Below, piece by piece: positions 40,338-53,383 of a stretch of DNA of 64,000 nt. The first letter of the stretch is position 1. Each line of letters opens with the position of its first letter. The DNA comes from Massalongia carnosa (taxonomy: Eukaryota), in the NCBI GenBank assembly GCA_965645245.1, contig OZ287083.1, positions 1,178,001 through 1,242,000 on the forward strand. Reading direction: 5' to 3'. The translations under genes were made by a program, and so were the position numbers. Below the pieces are notes generated by a model. That model searched no databases. It was given only the letters and a program-made list of their open reading frames with translations, and had not been told where the DNA came from.

Positions 40338-40626
40338 AATAGTTAAGCGATTTGCCGGTTTTTTTTTTTCGGGGAAAGCGCAAATCAGTCAATGAACGGA
40401 TGGAAGGAATGAATGAATGTGAGACAAAATGTATCCATCTATTCAAAACTCCACGAAAACCTAAGAGAAATTCCAAACCCCCCCAAAAAACTCCCAACCT
40501 GCGTGTAAACAACAGCAACACAAACACCAAACATGAACAAGAAAAAACCAAGCCCCACCAAAAAAAAACCCTCCCTTTCCCCATCCAACCGGCGGGCAGC
40601 ACACCAAACCCCCCACCCCCCCCGGT

Positions 40627-41454
40627 CTACCAAAACCCCTCCTCCCGGGCACAGCCCATGCAACATCCACGGCCAATGCTGATGCGCCCAACTCTCCCAC
40701 ATCGACAGCAATTCCCACTCCTCAGTATCCCCATGGCTCCCCGTTCCCGTTCCCGTTCCTCGGCCCTAGTCCGACCCTCCGCCGGGCCCCAATGCCGCGA
40801 GATCATCGCCCCCTCATGGTCGTGGCCACAGCCGTCGACGACGCCGCTGCTGCTTTCCCAGAAAGGCCAGCTCACCATCTCGGCCTCGAAGTCGGGAATC
40901 TCGTCCCCTTCCTCCTCCTTGTCCTCCTCGTCCTCGCTCTGGAGGGGGGCATCGGCGTGTTTCACCCACAGCGGGTTCGAGCTGTCGTCCCACGCGCTGA
41001 CAATGGCCGGGATGGGATCGACGGCGGGGTGCAGGAACCCGCCCGGATGGGCGTAGTTGGCGTTCCAGGTGCCGATCGGGATGCCGTTCGAGTAGTTGAG
41101 GCAGTAGCCGCGGTCACCGGATCCGTGCTCGGGGGACTCTTGGTCAGCAGGAGGAGGAGGAAGAGGCGCAAATGCCTTTGCGAGGGCCTGCGTGATGACG
41201 AGAGGGGCCTCATTGCATCTCCAGGAGATTCCCTCGTGGTCGGCGGGGGAGCCGGAGAGGGAAGAGCCAAGGTCGAGGTAGAGGGGTTGGTGCATCTCCT
41301 CGAGGGCGGTGGCGGTGTCGATAACCGGCAGGAGGGGCGAGGCGGAGCGCCAGGACGGGCGGATATGTTCCGCGCGGTCGAGCGCGGCGAGGTCCTCGGT
41401 GAGGAGCTGGTTGATGAGGCGGTCGGTGGCTTGGGCCGATTGGTGAGACATCAT
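40627..41454 (-). CDS. Hypothetical 275-aa protein, acidic stretch, possible degenerate CCHC knuckle at C-terminus
   Basis: GC-rich ORF with ATG; C-terminal CCRCGRVGRISIGRGC. No family recognised. Confidence 0.4.
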   Translation of the reverse strand: MMSHQSAQATDRLINQLLTEDLAALDRAEHIRPSWRSASPLLPVIDTATALEEMHQPLYLDLGSSLSGSPADHEGISWRCNEAPLVITQALAKAFAPLPPPPADQESPEHGSGDRGYCLNYSNGIPIGTWNANYAHPGGFLHPAVDPIPAIVSAWDDSSNPLWVKHADAPLQSEDEEDKEEEGDEIPDFEAEMVSWPFWESSSGVVDGCGHDHEGAMISRHWGPAEGRTRAEERERERGAMGILRSGNCCRCGRVGRISIGRGCCMGCAREEGFW

Positions 41455-42374
41455 CTGTTAATGGGTGGGGTGGGAGAGGACAAGGGTTTATATAGGTATA
41501 GTATAGTATAGGAATATGGACGGTGAGTGAGTCCCGAGGGTTGGCTGGCGATTGATTGATATGGTAAAGGTAGAAGTTCGAAAAGCCTTGCGTGATGGAT
41601 ACTAACAATGTATTTTGGAAGTGGAAGTGAAGACGACTTATTGTTGTGGTTGGTGGTAGTGGCGTTGTTGAGGAAAGAAGTACAATGTGTGTGTGTGTGT
41701 ATATGATGATAGGGAAAGAGCGGTGGGCACACACCCTTATTTATATGTCCAGAACAGCGAGCAGAAAGCGTCGAAATCGGATAATATAGCAAGTGAAAAA
41801 GTATTACCGGAGAATGGAGTTTTGAGACCTTATCTTCTGGATTGTGGCTTTGATACCGGTACCATAGGTGGGTGGAAGAAGCGCATTTATTGATATTCGA
41901 GCTGGAGAAAAGTAGCTGAGCACTAGACCCAACGAGCAAAGCTCTAGCGCCCTTTCCACATGCAAACATACAATGACTCGAAAGGAGCAAGATATCTGGT
42001 AATGGGAGATCGTCTGTCATGATAACGAATTGTGGATCCTCGGGTGTTCATCGGGCCCCTTATGACGATAATCTCTGAGTTTTGCAATCAGCAGCTTCTT
42101 GACATTGGCACCAAACTAGTCAGACCATAACCCTGGCATCAATGATGATATTGTGCATGGACACCCATAAAAAAAAGGCCAAAAAAGTACACGTATGAGC
42201 CAGAAGCAAGCGCGCAAATGCAAAATGGGGCATGACATTCTGTAGAAATCCCCTAGTAGCATGTGACGGAAAGCCTCTAAGAATGCTCCGACTTCGAGTC
42301 CACCCATCCACCGATGGTTAGCTATCTGAGGAACGCCGTTACCGCGGAAGAGGAAGAAGAAAAAAAACGCCACC

Positions 42375-44315
42375 CTACAAATCAATTAAACTTCCACCAC
42401 CCTGGTTCTGGGCCCGGTGAGGTTGTTGAGCTCCGAATGGATTGTTACTCGCCTGCCCGAAAGATGCTGTCCCAAAACCATTAGCCCCAGCTGGGCCTGT
42501 CTGCGCCGGTGCCAATCTGTTGGGTTGTTGGAATCCCCCGAACCCGCCCAGCGAAGAGGGTTGCTGGGGGGCCCCCGTAAACTGCTGGTTAAAGAAAGGA
42601 TTGGTTCCTGTGTGCGCTGCGTGCAACCGATTTAGACCCTGGCCAGAACTATTCACAAAGGTTCCCGGCGCAGTATGCTGTGCTGGTATCCGCAAGTCGC
42701 CTACGTTGCCAAACGAGTCTGTACCTTCACCAGCCGCCAAGAGAGCATTAAGACGTGCATGTTGAGGGTTCGAATCTTTCTGTGGAGTAGGTGGCCCTTG
42801 GGACGATGAGTATGAGGAAAGCGGGTGGTATGACGTTTGGGTGAATTGCGTTGTGGCTGGTTTTTCGGCCAGCGAGCTCAGTGTAGGCGGTCCGCCCTGC
42901 TGCTGTTGCACTTGTGGGCGGTTGGATGATGATGCAAATGGGTTATTCGAACCCGTGGGAGCGGGCTTTAACGAGTCATATTGCTGCTGTTGATTGGTTG
43001 CCCATGGGTTATGACTGCCGGCAGGTGGTGATACAACTGGCTGCTGAGGTTGAAACTGATTGTTGAAGTCAGCCGATTGCTGCGCATACGGATTGTTGTC
43101 GTGAGAAAATGCCGTTTGCTGGGGCTGTATTGTGTTTTGTGGTTGCAGGTAGTTTTGCTGTGGTTGCTGAAACGCCGCGGAGTCAAATGGAGCTTGCTGT
43201 GATTGGAACCCGTTAGAATACCCTGTCTGCTGAGACTGAAAACCAGTCGGCTGCGAATAGACATTGTTGAGATAGCCGGTGTTTTGGGGCTGCTGGACCT
43301 GATGGACCTGCTGATCGACAGGATTTCCAAACCAATCGACAGCCCCCTGCTGCTGGTAACCCTGATTGTTGCCAGTCGGTTGTGGTTGGGTATGTTGTGG
43401 GGTATCATCAAACAGGGACCAAGCGTTGCTTTCTTCCAGCTCTCGCCTCCGTAACTCTTCCTCCTCCTTGCTGAGCCTTATAGCCTTTGCTAGATCGTCG
43501 TCATTGACAGGGGCAGCAGAGTTTCTATCTCTCCTTTTCTTATCTTCTTCAGCCTCGTACTTGCTAGCTTCAATGGCAAGTTGATATTCAGTATCTTCTT
43601 CGTCTGGACGCTGTTGCCGTCGCTCAGGTCTGCGGCGGGGTGGTGGAGCTTCGCCAGGGCCGATATATCCTGAGCTTTGAGGCCCGTATTCTTCGATTCC
43701 GGTCACCCTTGATTTCCAATTTTTCCGATCCGATCGTTCAGTCCGCAAACGCTCTTCGTCCAGGACGAGAGAGGTCAGTTCTTTTGCCGACAACCGCACT
43801 AAACCGGATCAGCATTGTAAAAAGAAAAAGGAGAATCCCGATTAATTTACCATTTTGCCCAACATCCTTGCCATCATCATCGACGTATTGAAATTCCCTT
43901 AGGGTTTTGATTATGTACACATTCTTTCGGGCCCAAGTTACCACGAGTTCTGACCCTTCGTGAAGGCAGTAATCCAACACTTTTAACGACTTCAAGACAT
44001 GACGCCAGTTCTTGCCTTTGTCGTTCATGCGCTTGTCCAGCATGTCCATTATCTCGTAAAAGTCACTGTTCCTGTTCACCATCAGCCGCGCCTTTGTGCA
44101 ACATCATACTGGCATACCCATTGAATGTCATCTGCGCAATCTCGCTCATCTCAGAGCCTGTCGGCCCCCATGGGTCGTTGCTCGTCGCTAAAGTTCCAGG
44201 TTAGCCTGCCATCAGCGGCGGACTATGCAATCTATTGCGTACCATTTCGAACTTTGACTTGCACGTTGGAGTAACCCTTTGTAACATTTTTCACTCCCCG
44301 AATAACCTTTGACAT
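42375..44315 (-). CDS. Epsin (ENTH domain, two UIMs, NPF motifs, C-terminal clathrin box; Ent1/Ent2-like)
   Basis: MSKVIRGVKNVTKGYS, TSNDPWGP, WRHVLKSLKVLDYCL, YQLAIEASK, LAKAIRLSKEEE, NNPF repeats, terminal SLIDL. Three introns. Confidence 0.95.
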
Positions 44316-45314
44316 GATGCCGTAGGTACAAATCAGCCGGACAGGCGTCGTTGCCCCGTAATTTCTCAAAGATGCCGGACAAGGGTAAGATCAACTCCAG
44401 GGGGAAATAGAGTTGTCCTGCGCACCAGAAGAGTCCTCGGTACAGGTATAGTCACGAAAGGTTGAAGAGAGCTTCCGATAGAGATATACCGAGTACACAG
44501 TGTGCTGGTAGTGTACTTAGTGTAGATTTAATGTAGATAATAATAGTCCCTTATGGCCAAACAATTAAGTCGGACCGCTCGATGCGCTTTGATGATCAAG
44601 CGCCAGGTTTTCTAGAGGTAGAGAGTTTCTGGCCTTACAGCGGCAACGCTAGGGTAAGAAGGCTTTATGGAAGGAAACTGTAGGACAATATCTGGTTCTC
44701 GATTGAACAAAAGTGAATCAAGTGAGAGTTAAGATGGCGATGATGCCATGACATGATGGTGAAAGTTGTGACTTTGGAAAGGGTCTCAACTAGCTGCGTC
44801 GTCAGTCACCCTGTTTTTGCCTCCTGTGGCGTTCGTAACTAATGTGGCTCATGCATTTTCCGAAGCTCAGCTCAGCTCCCAAAATAGACAAGCATCAAAG
44901 TTGGAAAGCCACGTGATGATTAAATTGAGATTTTATCGAGTTATAATTCTTCCATCTCACTCATATTTAACAGGATCAGAGCCTCCAATTCATAGAGCCT
45001 TATTTATACCTGCAAACCAGGCCCTAGACCCTATCACTTAGTGGGTAGTTTCCAATAGAACAACCTCTCCGTCCAGATGAAACTGGGATTCCTCGAATCG
45101 ACTTTGTAACTAAGGCAAAACCCATCTAAAACAAACAAACCCCCTCTTTCGAAATATCCGTTGAGTTCACACAGCCAGCTTGGCAAGGGTCGCTGCAAAT
45201 CTACAGGCAACCTCAGACAGAAAGTGATGTTCTTTGCGCCTTTTAACAGCCACAATGGAAGCAACGAGTAGTCGTCAAGGGAGGCTAAATGACCTTTAAA
45301 AAAATCCCCCGGAT

Positions 45315-46234
45315 TTGGCACGACGCCGTCTTTACAGATATTGTACTAGAACAGCACATCGATATTATGACCTCTATGTAGCATCACACCTATTTACCCA
45401 CTCATTAAGGATCCAGACGTCGCCTGCGCACACTGCTGCTGCGTTCATTAGACATCTGGTGCGAGGCCTTACTGAACCACACCACCCCTCCCTGACCCCC
45501 ATTTTGCCTCTTCGTCTGTTCATCCCGAAATTTCTGCCATTAGATCATCCTTCCCCAGAGGGCCCTCCCTTACTACATACACTCTACTACAACCCTACCG
45601 CCCCCCCAACCAGCATCCCCGCTGCCAAAACCATCCATACCCCAACTTCGATTCGCCTCGCCAGCCCCGTGTACGGCGCTGCAGTAGGCTTCGCCGACGA
45701 CGGCGATCCGGTGGCGACGCTGCCGTTCGCTGGGGAGGAGTGGTTCGTTGCGGGTGCGGGGAGGGCCGAAGATAGAGGGAGAGGGGGCGGGGAGTGGGCG
45801 GTGGTGTTGCCGCAGACGGGAGCGAAGTTGCGGCCGCCGCTGGAGGAGCAGTACCCAGCTGTGTATGTGGATATTGCTGAGAGTGTGGGTTAGTAAGGGG
45901 CGACTTTAAAAAGACAACAGCTTTGGCGTATTTTGTCCTTCTTTTTCGGGAGCAACTCACCCTGATTTTCGGCCTCACTGCAAGCGACCGCCTCGCACTC
46001 GACAACCGGACACAAAAACGCCGTGTTTTGGCATACGCACACCTTGTCCGTAAGCTCGCACTGGCTAACTTTCAGAGCAGCTTTAACGCATGGGATCTAA
46101 CGCCGATTTATCTAGTCAGAAACCTTTCTTTCTGTTGGGAGGGTATGGCAAACAGAAAGAATGCTACGTTGAAGTATTATCGCGAGACTCTTGGGGTAGG
46201 GGGGAATCATTGGACAGTAGGCAGGAACAAGTAG
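45315..46234 (+). other. Possible hypothetical gene or gene remnant
   Basis: Two consecutive protein-like ORF segments (192 aa and 103 aa). No recognised motif and no clear start. Confidence 0.25.
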
Positions 46235-47297
46235 CGAAAACCTAACATACCCCGCAAGCCGGCAACGACGCCAACACGGACGCGGACACCTCCGCAGCGG
46301 ACGCAGTCGTTGTGGGAGTAGCAGTCGCGAAGCCTTCCGCTACGAGACATCCGGCGAGGACAGCGAGCTTGAGGATGTGGGACAACATCGCTTGATAGAG
46401 GATGGTTCGTCTGGGTTAAAGCAATGGAAGGAGGGGATGCAAGAGAAATTCCACAGATAAACAATCAACAACGCAATGGGGATTTGGAGTCGATGAGAGC
46501 AGGAACGAGGATCTATGAGGGGAATGCAGGCTTTAGATACTTACCAACATAGGTAACTAGGTAGGTAGCTAGCAAGCCATGCGTATCGAGCCTCCCACCT
46601 AGTTTACCTTTCCCCGGCCTTAAGCTAGGTAGGTAGCTAACCATGGCCGTACATACTTCGTACATACATACCTACTTCTCCATCGCGTGGAGACGAGACG
46701 AGACGAAAAAGAAAGGAAAAACCAGCTATCTCGATTAGCGTGGGCCTAAGCTATTGGATTCCCCACAATCCGTAACCCGCGACCCGCAAATTCTTTTCTC
46801 AGCCGCGATCTTGTTCCTCCTTCCTTGTGCATTGGAGGCTTACTGTGTAAAGAAAGTTGAGATACACCAACTAGCTAGCCCACTAACTACTGTGCACACG
46901 GTACACAGCCGTACACCGTACTCTGTACTTCGTACTATCATGGGTACTCGTTACTCTACATATGTTGCATGCCGTGTCATAATACTCTACTAATATGCTC
47001 TGTATGACATGATGTCACTTTCCCGCCGATCCCGATTCATTCTCGCACAGTTGCAAACAAGGGAGGCCAGCTCGTCCCGTGTATGAAGAAAAGCTTGATT
47101 CAGATCGTAACGTTCTTGTTTTTTTGTTTTTTGAACATGACGCATCCATCCCTTGTCATCTACTAGTTGTATATTACTCCGTACATTGCATTGCATTACA
47201 TGTCTAATTAACGCGTTCAGATTGGATTGGATTGGGTTCAGGAACCGCTCGGTTCCTGAGATGGGGATCGCATGGGATGTTTTTTTAAATTACAGAA

Positions 47298-49199
47298 GTA
47301 ATCGTCGGCTAGTCGCTTGCTTAATCCTCTCCCTCCAAGAAGCATTCGCTTCTAGTCGGGGAAAGCAAACTTCGTAGGAAAGCGAAGCTTCGTAGGCTCG
47401 CAACGTTAAACCACCACCCCATCACTAAAGCACCACCGTATCATTTAAATTACTATCACATTTATTATCACATTATTATATTATTATCACATCATAAACC
47501 ATTGTTATCTATATCTACAATAGATTCTGTATCCTTACAAACACGTATTAGTGATGCTAAAACATTCTTGTTGGAAAATCCTGACGAACGAACTGCATGC
47601 GCAGCTCAGATATTCAAAATTCGGCCTACAACGTTGTACAGCTCTATTGCGACTGATAAGAAATCTTCTTTTTCTGATATGAAATCTTCTTCTACCAAAA
47701 AGAGACGCCAAATATGCAGAAGGAGTGATTGCTCGAAAGCAAGAAAGAAATCGTTTACGACAAATTAAAGAGCTTTCAAAACAAGATCTTGCTATTTCCT
47801 CCGAGCATCTTATTCCTATTCCCGATCCCGAAGCAATTTGGAAGGCAACAGATGTTACTTGACAAGAAGAAGAGAGAAAGAAAACGAAAAGACTAAATCT
47901 CAAGTATATAATGAAGATGAAATCCGCATGTAACAAAATAGTTAACAAACTTCAAGGCAAGGCAGGTCGCAAACGCCTTCAAAAACCCACTCCGGGAGAG
48001 CTGAAGCACACCTGGGCCAAAAACCTACTGATCGACGCAAAAATCGTTCAACCACCCAAAGCACACCCACCATGGTCCGACCCCTCCCCAGCGCATCTCC
48101 GCGAAGTCTCCGTAGCAGCGTTGGCTCGTCAAAAACAAATTCAGACAATTAAAGCACGACAGCTGAAAGTCTGGAACGACTCGTGGAGCGCATATCAAAA
48201 TCGCGTCACCGAACCCTCCATAGCGCAATCAGTCCCACTGAGCAAAAAACGACTGAAAATACACACGCTGCTAAAAAAGGCAGAAAGCGCCCTGACAACA
48301 CAGATCCGCACCGGTAAGATCGGTCTAGCTGACTTCCTCTACCAGCGACGGGTCCCCGCCGTCACCTCACCGGCCTGCCCATGTGGCTGGCACAGACAAA
48401 CTCCAGAACATGTAATTATGTTCTGTAGACTTATTGACAATAGAGAACAGATGTTTCGCGCCGCTGGCACGAACAACTATCAACAGCTGACCGAAACATC
48501 AAAAACTCTAAAGATATTAACTACTTGGCTAATGAAAACAGGTCTACTGACCCAATTCTCACTGGCATCTACACTATTGTACAATTAACAGTAGTTTCAC
48601 TTCTCTTTTCCTTATCTCACAAGGCGTCACAGTTCTCACAAAATTTTCGCTCTGCGTCTCCTGTCCGACGTCGACCCGGTGTCACATCGGACAGGTATCA
48701 AGGGATATGGTTTTTACACCTGAAAAGGGTTTTCCATGTAACATAACTTAGATAGCTTTGCCCGCATGGGCCGGCCTACGGCCGGTGACATATCGGAGTA
48801 TGAATACATCATCATCATAATGAAGATGAAGATGAAGATGAAGATGAGGCGGAGACAACATTCATCACAGATGTTACAGGTGATTCTTCTTTGCAAAGAG
48901 ATTTCCTGCCATTTGATGAAGACGATACTGATAGAGGCAACGAGTCTGACAATGATGTACAAGAACAATTAGGATATTACAAGGTTTCAGCTCTTTATTA
49001 AAGCGGCAATAGTAATTTAACGATGTGATAGTAAATGTAATAGTAATTTAAATGATGCGGTGGTGCTTTAGTGATGTGGTGGTGGTTTAACTTTGCGAGC
49101 CTACGAAGCTTCGCTTTCCTACGAAGTTTGCTTTCCCCGACTAGAAGCGAATGCTTCTTGGAGGGAAAGGATTAAGCGAGCGACTTAGCCGACGATTAC
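47298..49199 (+). mobile_element. Internally deleted Fot1/Pogo-like (Tc1-mariner) DNA transposon relic with ~175-bp TIRs
   Basis: GTAATCGTCGGCTA...TTCGTAGGAAAGCGAAGCTTCGTAGG... at 47298 mirrored up to 49199. HTH-like N-terminus (AAQIFKIRPTTLYSSI) and acidic C-terminal remnants; DDD core missing. Terminal ACGT/TA degraded. Confidence 0.8.
47922..48816 (+). mobile_element. 5'-truncated LINE (Tad1-like non-LTR retrotransposon) nested in the Fot1-like relic
   Basis: ORF2 C-terminus QIRTGKIGLADFL...CPCGWHRQTPEHVIMFC, stop at 48588, 3' UTR ending in (CAT)n. 14-bp TSD ATAATGAAGATGAA at 47908-47921 and 48817-48830. Confidence 0.85.
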
Positions 49200-49233
49200 G
49201 GCAGGAAGTGATGATAACGGAAGAAGGAGACTG

Positions 49234-49274
49234 GTACTTACAGAACTAGTACTTACAGAACTAGTACTTACAGA
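49234..49274. repeat. 15-bp tandem repeat (GTACTTACAGAACTA) x ~2.7
   Basis: Directly visible. Confidence 0.8.
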
Positions 49275-49481
49275 GTACTTCGCTTAGGTACTCCGTACTC
49301 GGTACTGATAAGATCATCTCCACCGAACACAATAGAGTTCAATAGCATGTTGTGCTAAAAGGTTTAGATTGGACTCCAAAGAGCTAGCTAGAGAGTGTTT
49401 ATCAGAGGATCAAGACTAGTAGCTACCTAATCATGTCGCTGCACGCTACTAAAAAAGAAAAGAATTCACCCGATCGGCCCT

Positions 49482-52400
49482 TTATGTTCCCGAGCTTCCT
49501 CCCACTCGGGCTTTTCCGACCACAAGCTCCCACACGTCCCTTTCGAACACCGTGGTCCACAAGCGTTTCTCGAAAACGCCTTTCTCGACGCCCGTGGTCT
49601 GCACGATGGCGTCGGTCAAGTCCCAAGATCCCGTGAAGTCTTGCGTCTCGATGAGGGCATGCACTTTTTCGCTGTCGCTCGGCGTCTCCCGTGCTGCTGA
49701 TGGATGTCCCTTGCTGGAGCGAGAAAAGGGCCTCTCGAATGGTCCTATCTTCGCCAGTATGTTTCGTCCCCAGAGTCTTTTGCCGGATTCTCCACCTCCA
49801 TCGCTACCAGGTACACTTCCTCATACGCTCATGCTCGAAAAACCACCTGCGCCAGAATCTATGGCTTGAGGGCAAGCAGAAAACAGAGGCCTGGAGAAAC
49901 TTGCGCCAAACATACCGGCACCGTGCTGAGGGGGGTTACCTCCTGTCAAATGTCAGCTATACTGGCATTAACCAACATTTGGTCAACGGGCCCGTCACAT
50001 GCCCGTCACATGACATTGCCACCGCGGCACAGGTAAAAATTCTTCATCCCCCACATTCTTTCTTCCTTCGGAGACATCTCTTGATCTATCCCCTGGCGGC
50101 ATACTTAGCTAGAAAATCATCTATAGATCAATGCCATTCATTTCACCTCATCTGGTCAAGACGTAAATCATCTCAACTGATCATCAGGGCAAAAAGCCTC
50201 AGACCTCCCTTGAACGAAGAGCCAGCATCCGATAAGAACTGCGGTGCTTCACACAGCTACCATACGTCCGGGTGACTCAGTGGTACATTTATACTGTTAT
50301 CAACCTTACGCTCCTGCTGCAGAGAAGGTTGCTGAAACAAATTCTCCGAGGGCATATTTGGATTGCAGGAGATACTGGAATCTTTATACTTAAAAGCGTG
50401 CGCCTGACCAGCTGGCTTACCGCCATGCCTTCGGGGCCTGTTTGAATCAGCGAAGTTACTGGATGGTGTCGACAGATTCTCATACCATTCCTGCTCCACA
50501 GTTTCCTTACCGTCGTCCGAGACAGCCACAAAAGAGCACCATTTCCCACCAACCTGAAACTGCGTGCTCCGGCGAACAGCTTCCTGTTCCACGATTTCTT
50601 CAAAGCGGCTGAGAAACTAGTCTTTGATGAAAGCTCCGATCTCGTCGCGGGCTTCAGAGATCCATCTGCGATTTTCTTCGAGTTCTTAGATGGCCTTTCG
50701 GGCAGCTAGCTGATGGATCGTCGCACAAGGCTCGGAAATAATGTCCACTGGGATCTCTAGCTCCAACAGCCCATGCTCGGACGTGGCACGTAGGACCACT
50801 GATGTCGGTATCTCTTGTATACTCTCAGAGGCTAACAAAATATAGACCGCTGTCCTTGAAAAGGAGAAGAGTGTAGGGACGACAGATGGAGACTGGAGAA
50901 GCTTCGGGACCGCTATCTTTGGTAGATGCGCGTATGGATCTATTTCATCGTTTTCGGCGGAGAGCGGTGCTTCTGGTACATCGGGATTGGTGTCCATACT
51001 AAAAAATGACACGGGTCTCTGATAATTTTCCGTCAGAGGCTTGGCACCGTCGTCTATAACCAACACCATTAGGCTATCTGTCACCTTCTCAACCATTTCA
51101 TAGGTTTCCTCGTCAAAACTAGCGGTTCTGTACTAAATTTCCAGCCTGCATGCTTCAATATGTGGCGATAGAGCTCCTTTCAGCATGCGTACGACTTTTG
51201 TGTCGAGCTTCTCCCCATCGCCAACCGTCTGCGCAAATCCGTTCCCGGCACGGGCAATGTCCTCGACGAGGGCATGGGAAACCCCACTGCCAATTCCAAA
51301 AGTAAAGACCCGAAGACCGACCTTACTCGCACTGACCGCTTGATTTAGATAAGAAAAACCCCGGTTTGGTTCCAGATATCGCCATCGGTCAAAAGCATCA
51401 ACTCGCATGGAATGTCCGCATAGCGTCTCTCGATCGAAGCCTTCAAGGCTTGGAACGTTTTGGTCCCACCAGGGTCTACGGCGAAGTTTTCGACGTGTGC
51501 GACCGCTTCATCAAGGGATTCATGCTTGTAAGCTATACTTTCAGGCCACAAAAAGGACCATGAGGTATCAAATGAGCAAATAATTGAATTTGATCCCAAC
51601 CGGCAACGATTTCAAGAAAACTTTGAGAGCCGAAATGAGTGTGGGAATGTTAGCGTGCATACTGCCACTACGATCCACCACAAATATGATCTCCGGTTTG
51701 GCAGGAGGCAAAGAAAACCGGGGGACCAATGTGACCATCAAGGCACGCTGGTTGGGAATGCTTGGATGAGTCTCCAAAAGCACCTTTGGTGTTCCATTGT
51801 CCTTTACCGCTACAATTAGGACAAAGTCCTTGTCTAACTCGGCACTCCCAAGAGAGCGTGGCAGACGCTCGATGCATCGCCGGGTCGGAGGTGGGTGATG
51901 ATGAGATATTCCCCATTGCGACGGCGATTGGGTGGGTAGGCGATTGGATGCTCCGGATGAAGGACCCTTCAGCCATGCTTGCATCAACCGTGAATTCGAT
52001 ACCGCCTTGTTCCTAGGTGCGTTTGACGCTCTGGGCCAACATGCTTCCAGCCTTCTGGCCATAGCGCGGGGCTATCGTCGTCAGGAGGTTGAACTGGATC
52101 CCGTTCACCTCGGCGTCTTGCTTGAGCTCGCCGATGTAGGTGATTCCCACGTGAATGGCCTCGCCTGCTGGGATGTTGCCCAGGTTCGTCTGGAACAGGT
52201 CCGAGCTTTGCGGATGCTGCTCGGGCAGACCGGCCGTTTCGCCCCGCGCCAACGCGTCCTGATATGTCTTCCTCGCCTGGCTTTTCGCCTTGACGATGCC
52301 GTGCAGCGTCCGGGACCCGATCCGGCAGGAAAACCTCACCACGCTGACTCCCTCGTAGGGGGGGAACCGGTAGCGGCATCCGCCGATGCTCGCCTCCGAC

Positions 52401-52591
52401 GATTGGTTGGAGAACGTTTGCTTCAGCGTGGTTCTGGAAGTCGTGGACATGATGGTGGTTTGCGCCTGCAGCTTCACCTGGGGGAGATGGCGTTCCACTG
52501 TCCACCAGTCAACAGTACTGTCATAGCAGCAGCCGCTCATGTTTGCCATACCGAGCGAGAAGTCGAGAACGGGTCCTCCGTATGATGACAA
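49482..52591 (-). pseudogene. VIT plus von Willebrand A domain protein pseudogene
   Basis: VIT (LKQTFSN, YRFP, FQTNLGNIP), vWA (IIFVVDRSGSM, LLTDGDIW, FTFGIG), C-terminal QDFTGSW and WELVVGKAR, distributed over different frames with stops and frameshifts. Confidence 0.82.
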
Positions 52592-53383
52592 CTTCTAGTT
52601 CTAAGTTAATGATAACGGCAGGAGTTGAATGAGTTATGGAGAGTGGTAGCTATTGATGTATCTATAGAAATGTGTATTTTATGCGCATGTATACCTATTC
52701 CAGCTTGCCTATTCTATTCCGGACACCTTGTTGCCTAACCACCGATGGGCCCATCCCATCCCATCCATCACCCCCCACAAGGCTGAGTGAAGTTTGAGCG
52801 GTAACATACATATGAAACAGCGAGAGAGAGAGAGAGAACGGAACCTAGGTAGATAGGTAGATAACCGTATTTTCATCATCATTGGTCGATCGGTCGGTCG
52901 AACGATCAAACGATCAAACATTCCCCCTTGATTTTCTAAACAGCTTTTCGGAATCCCTCCGTTCTGTCCATCCGCCACTTCTCCCGCCAGAAAGATCCCA
53001 CCAGAGAGAAGCGTGCTGGGCTTGTTTTAACAGTTAGTCGAATCGACTGTATAAAAAGATCTGGAAAAGAGCATGCATGAAAATCCGCCGTGTGCGCGGT
53101 TCATCTTGCAAGTCTTGCATCACCGAAAAACGAAAGAGGGGGGTTGTTTCTTTTCATGATACCTCAAGGGACACAGCCACAGGTTTTTTTTTGGGATTTT
53201 GGTTTTTATATTAATCGGAGCGACAGTAAGACCATTTTGGATGAGACTAAAGTGGTCGCGAAAAAATGCTTCAAGTACATAGATGATAACTAGGGTGCCA
53301 ACGTAAAGACTCGCAGTGAATAGAACAGAGCGCATTTCCTGCAAATAAAAAATTCCTCCGAAGAAGATTTCAAGTCCTCCTAG

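Noticed and set aside
39392..41734. Numerous overlapping antisense and alternate-frame ORFs
   Set aside because: Expected shadows of GC-rich coding sequence or low-complexity tracts; no motifs.
47911..48588. 225-aa ORF as a standalone gene
   Set aside because: Its ATG comes from the target-site duplication; the rest is a truncated LINE ORF2 C-terminus.
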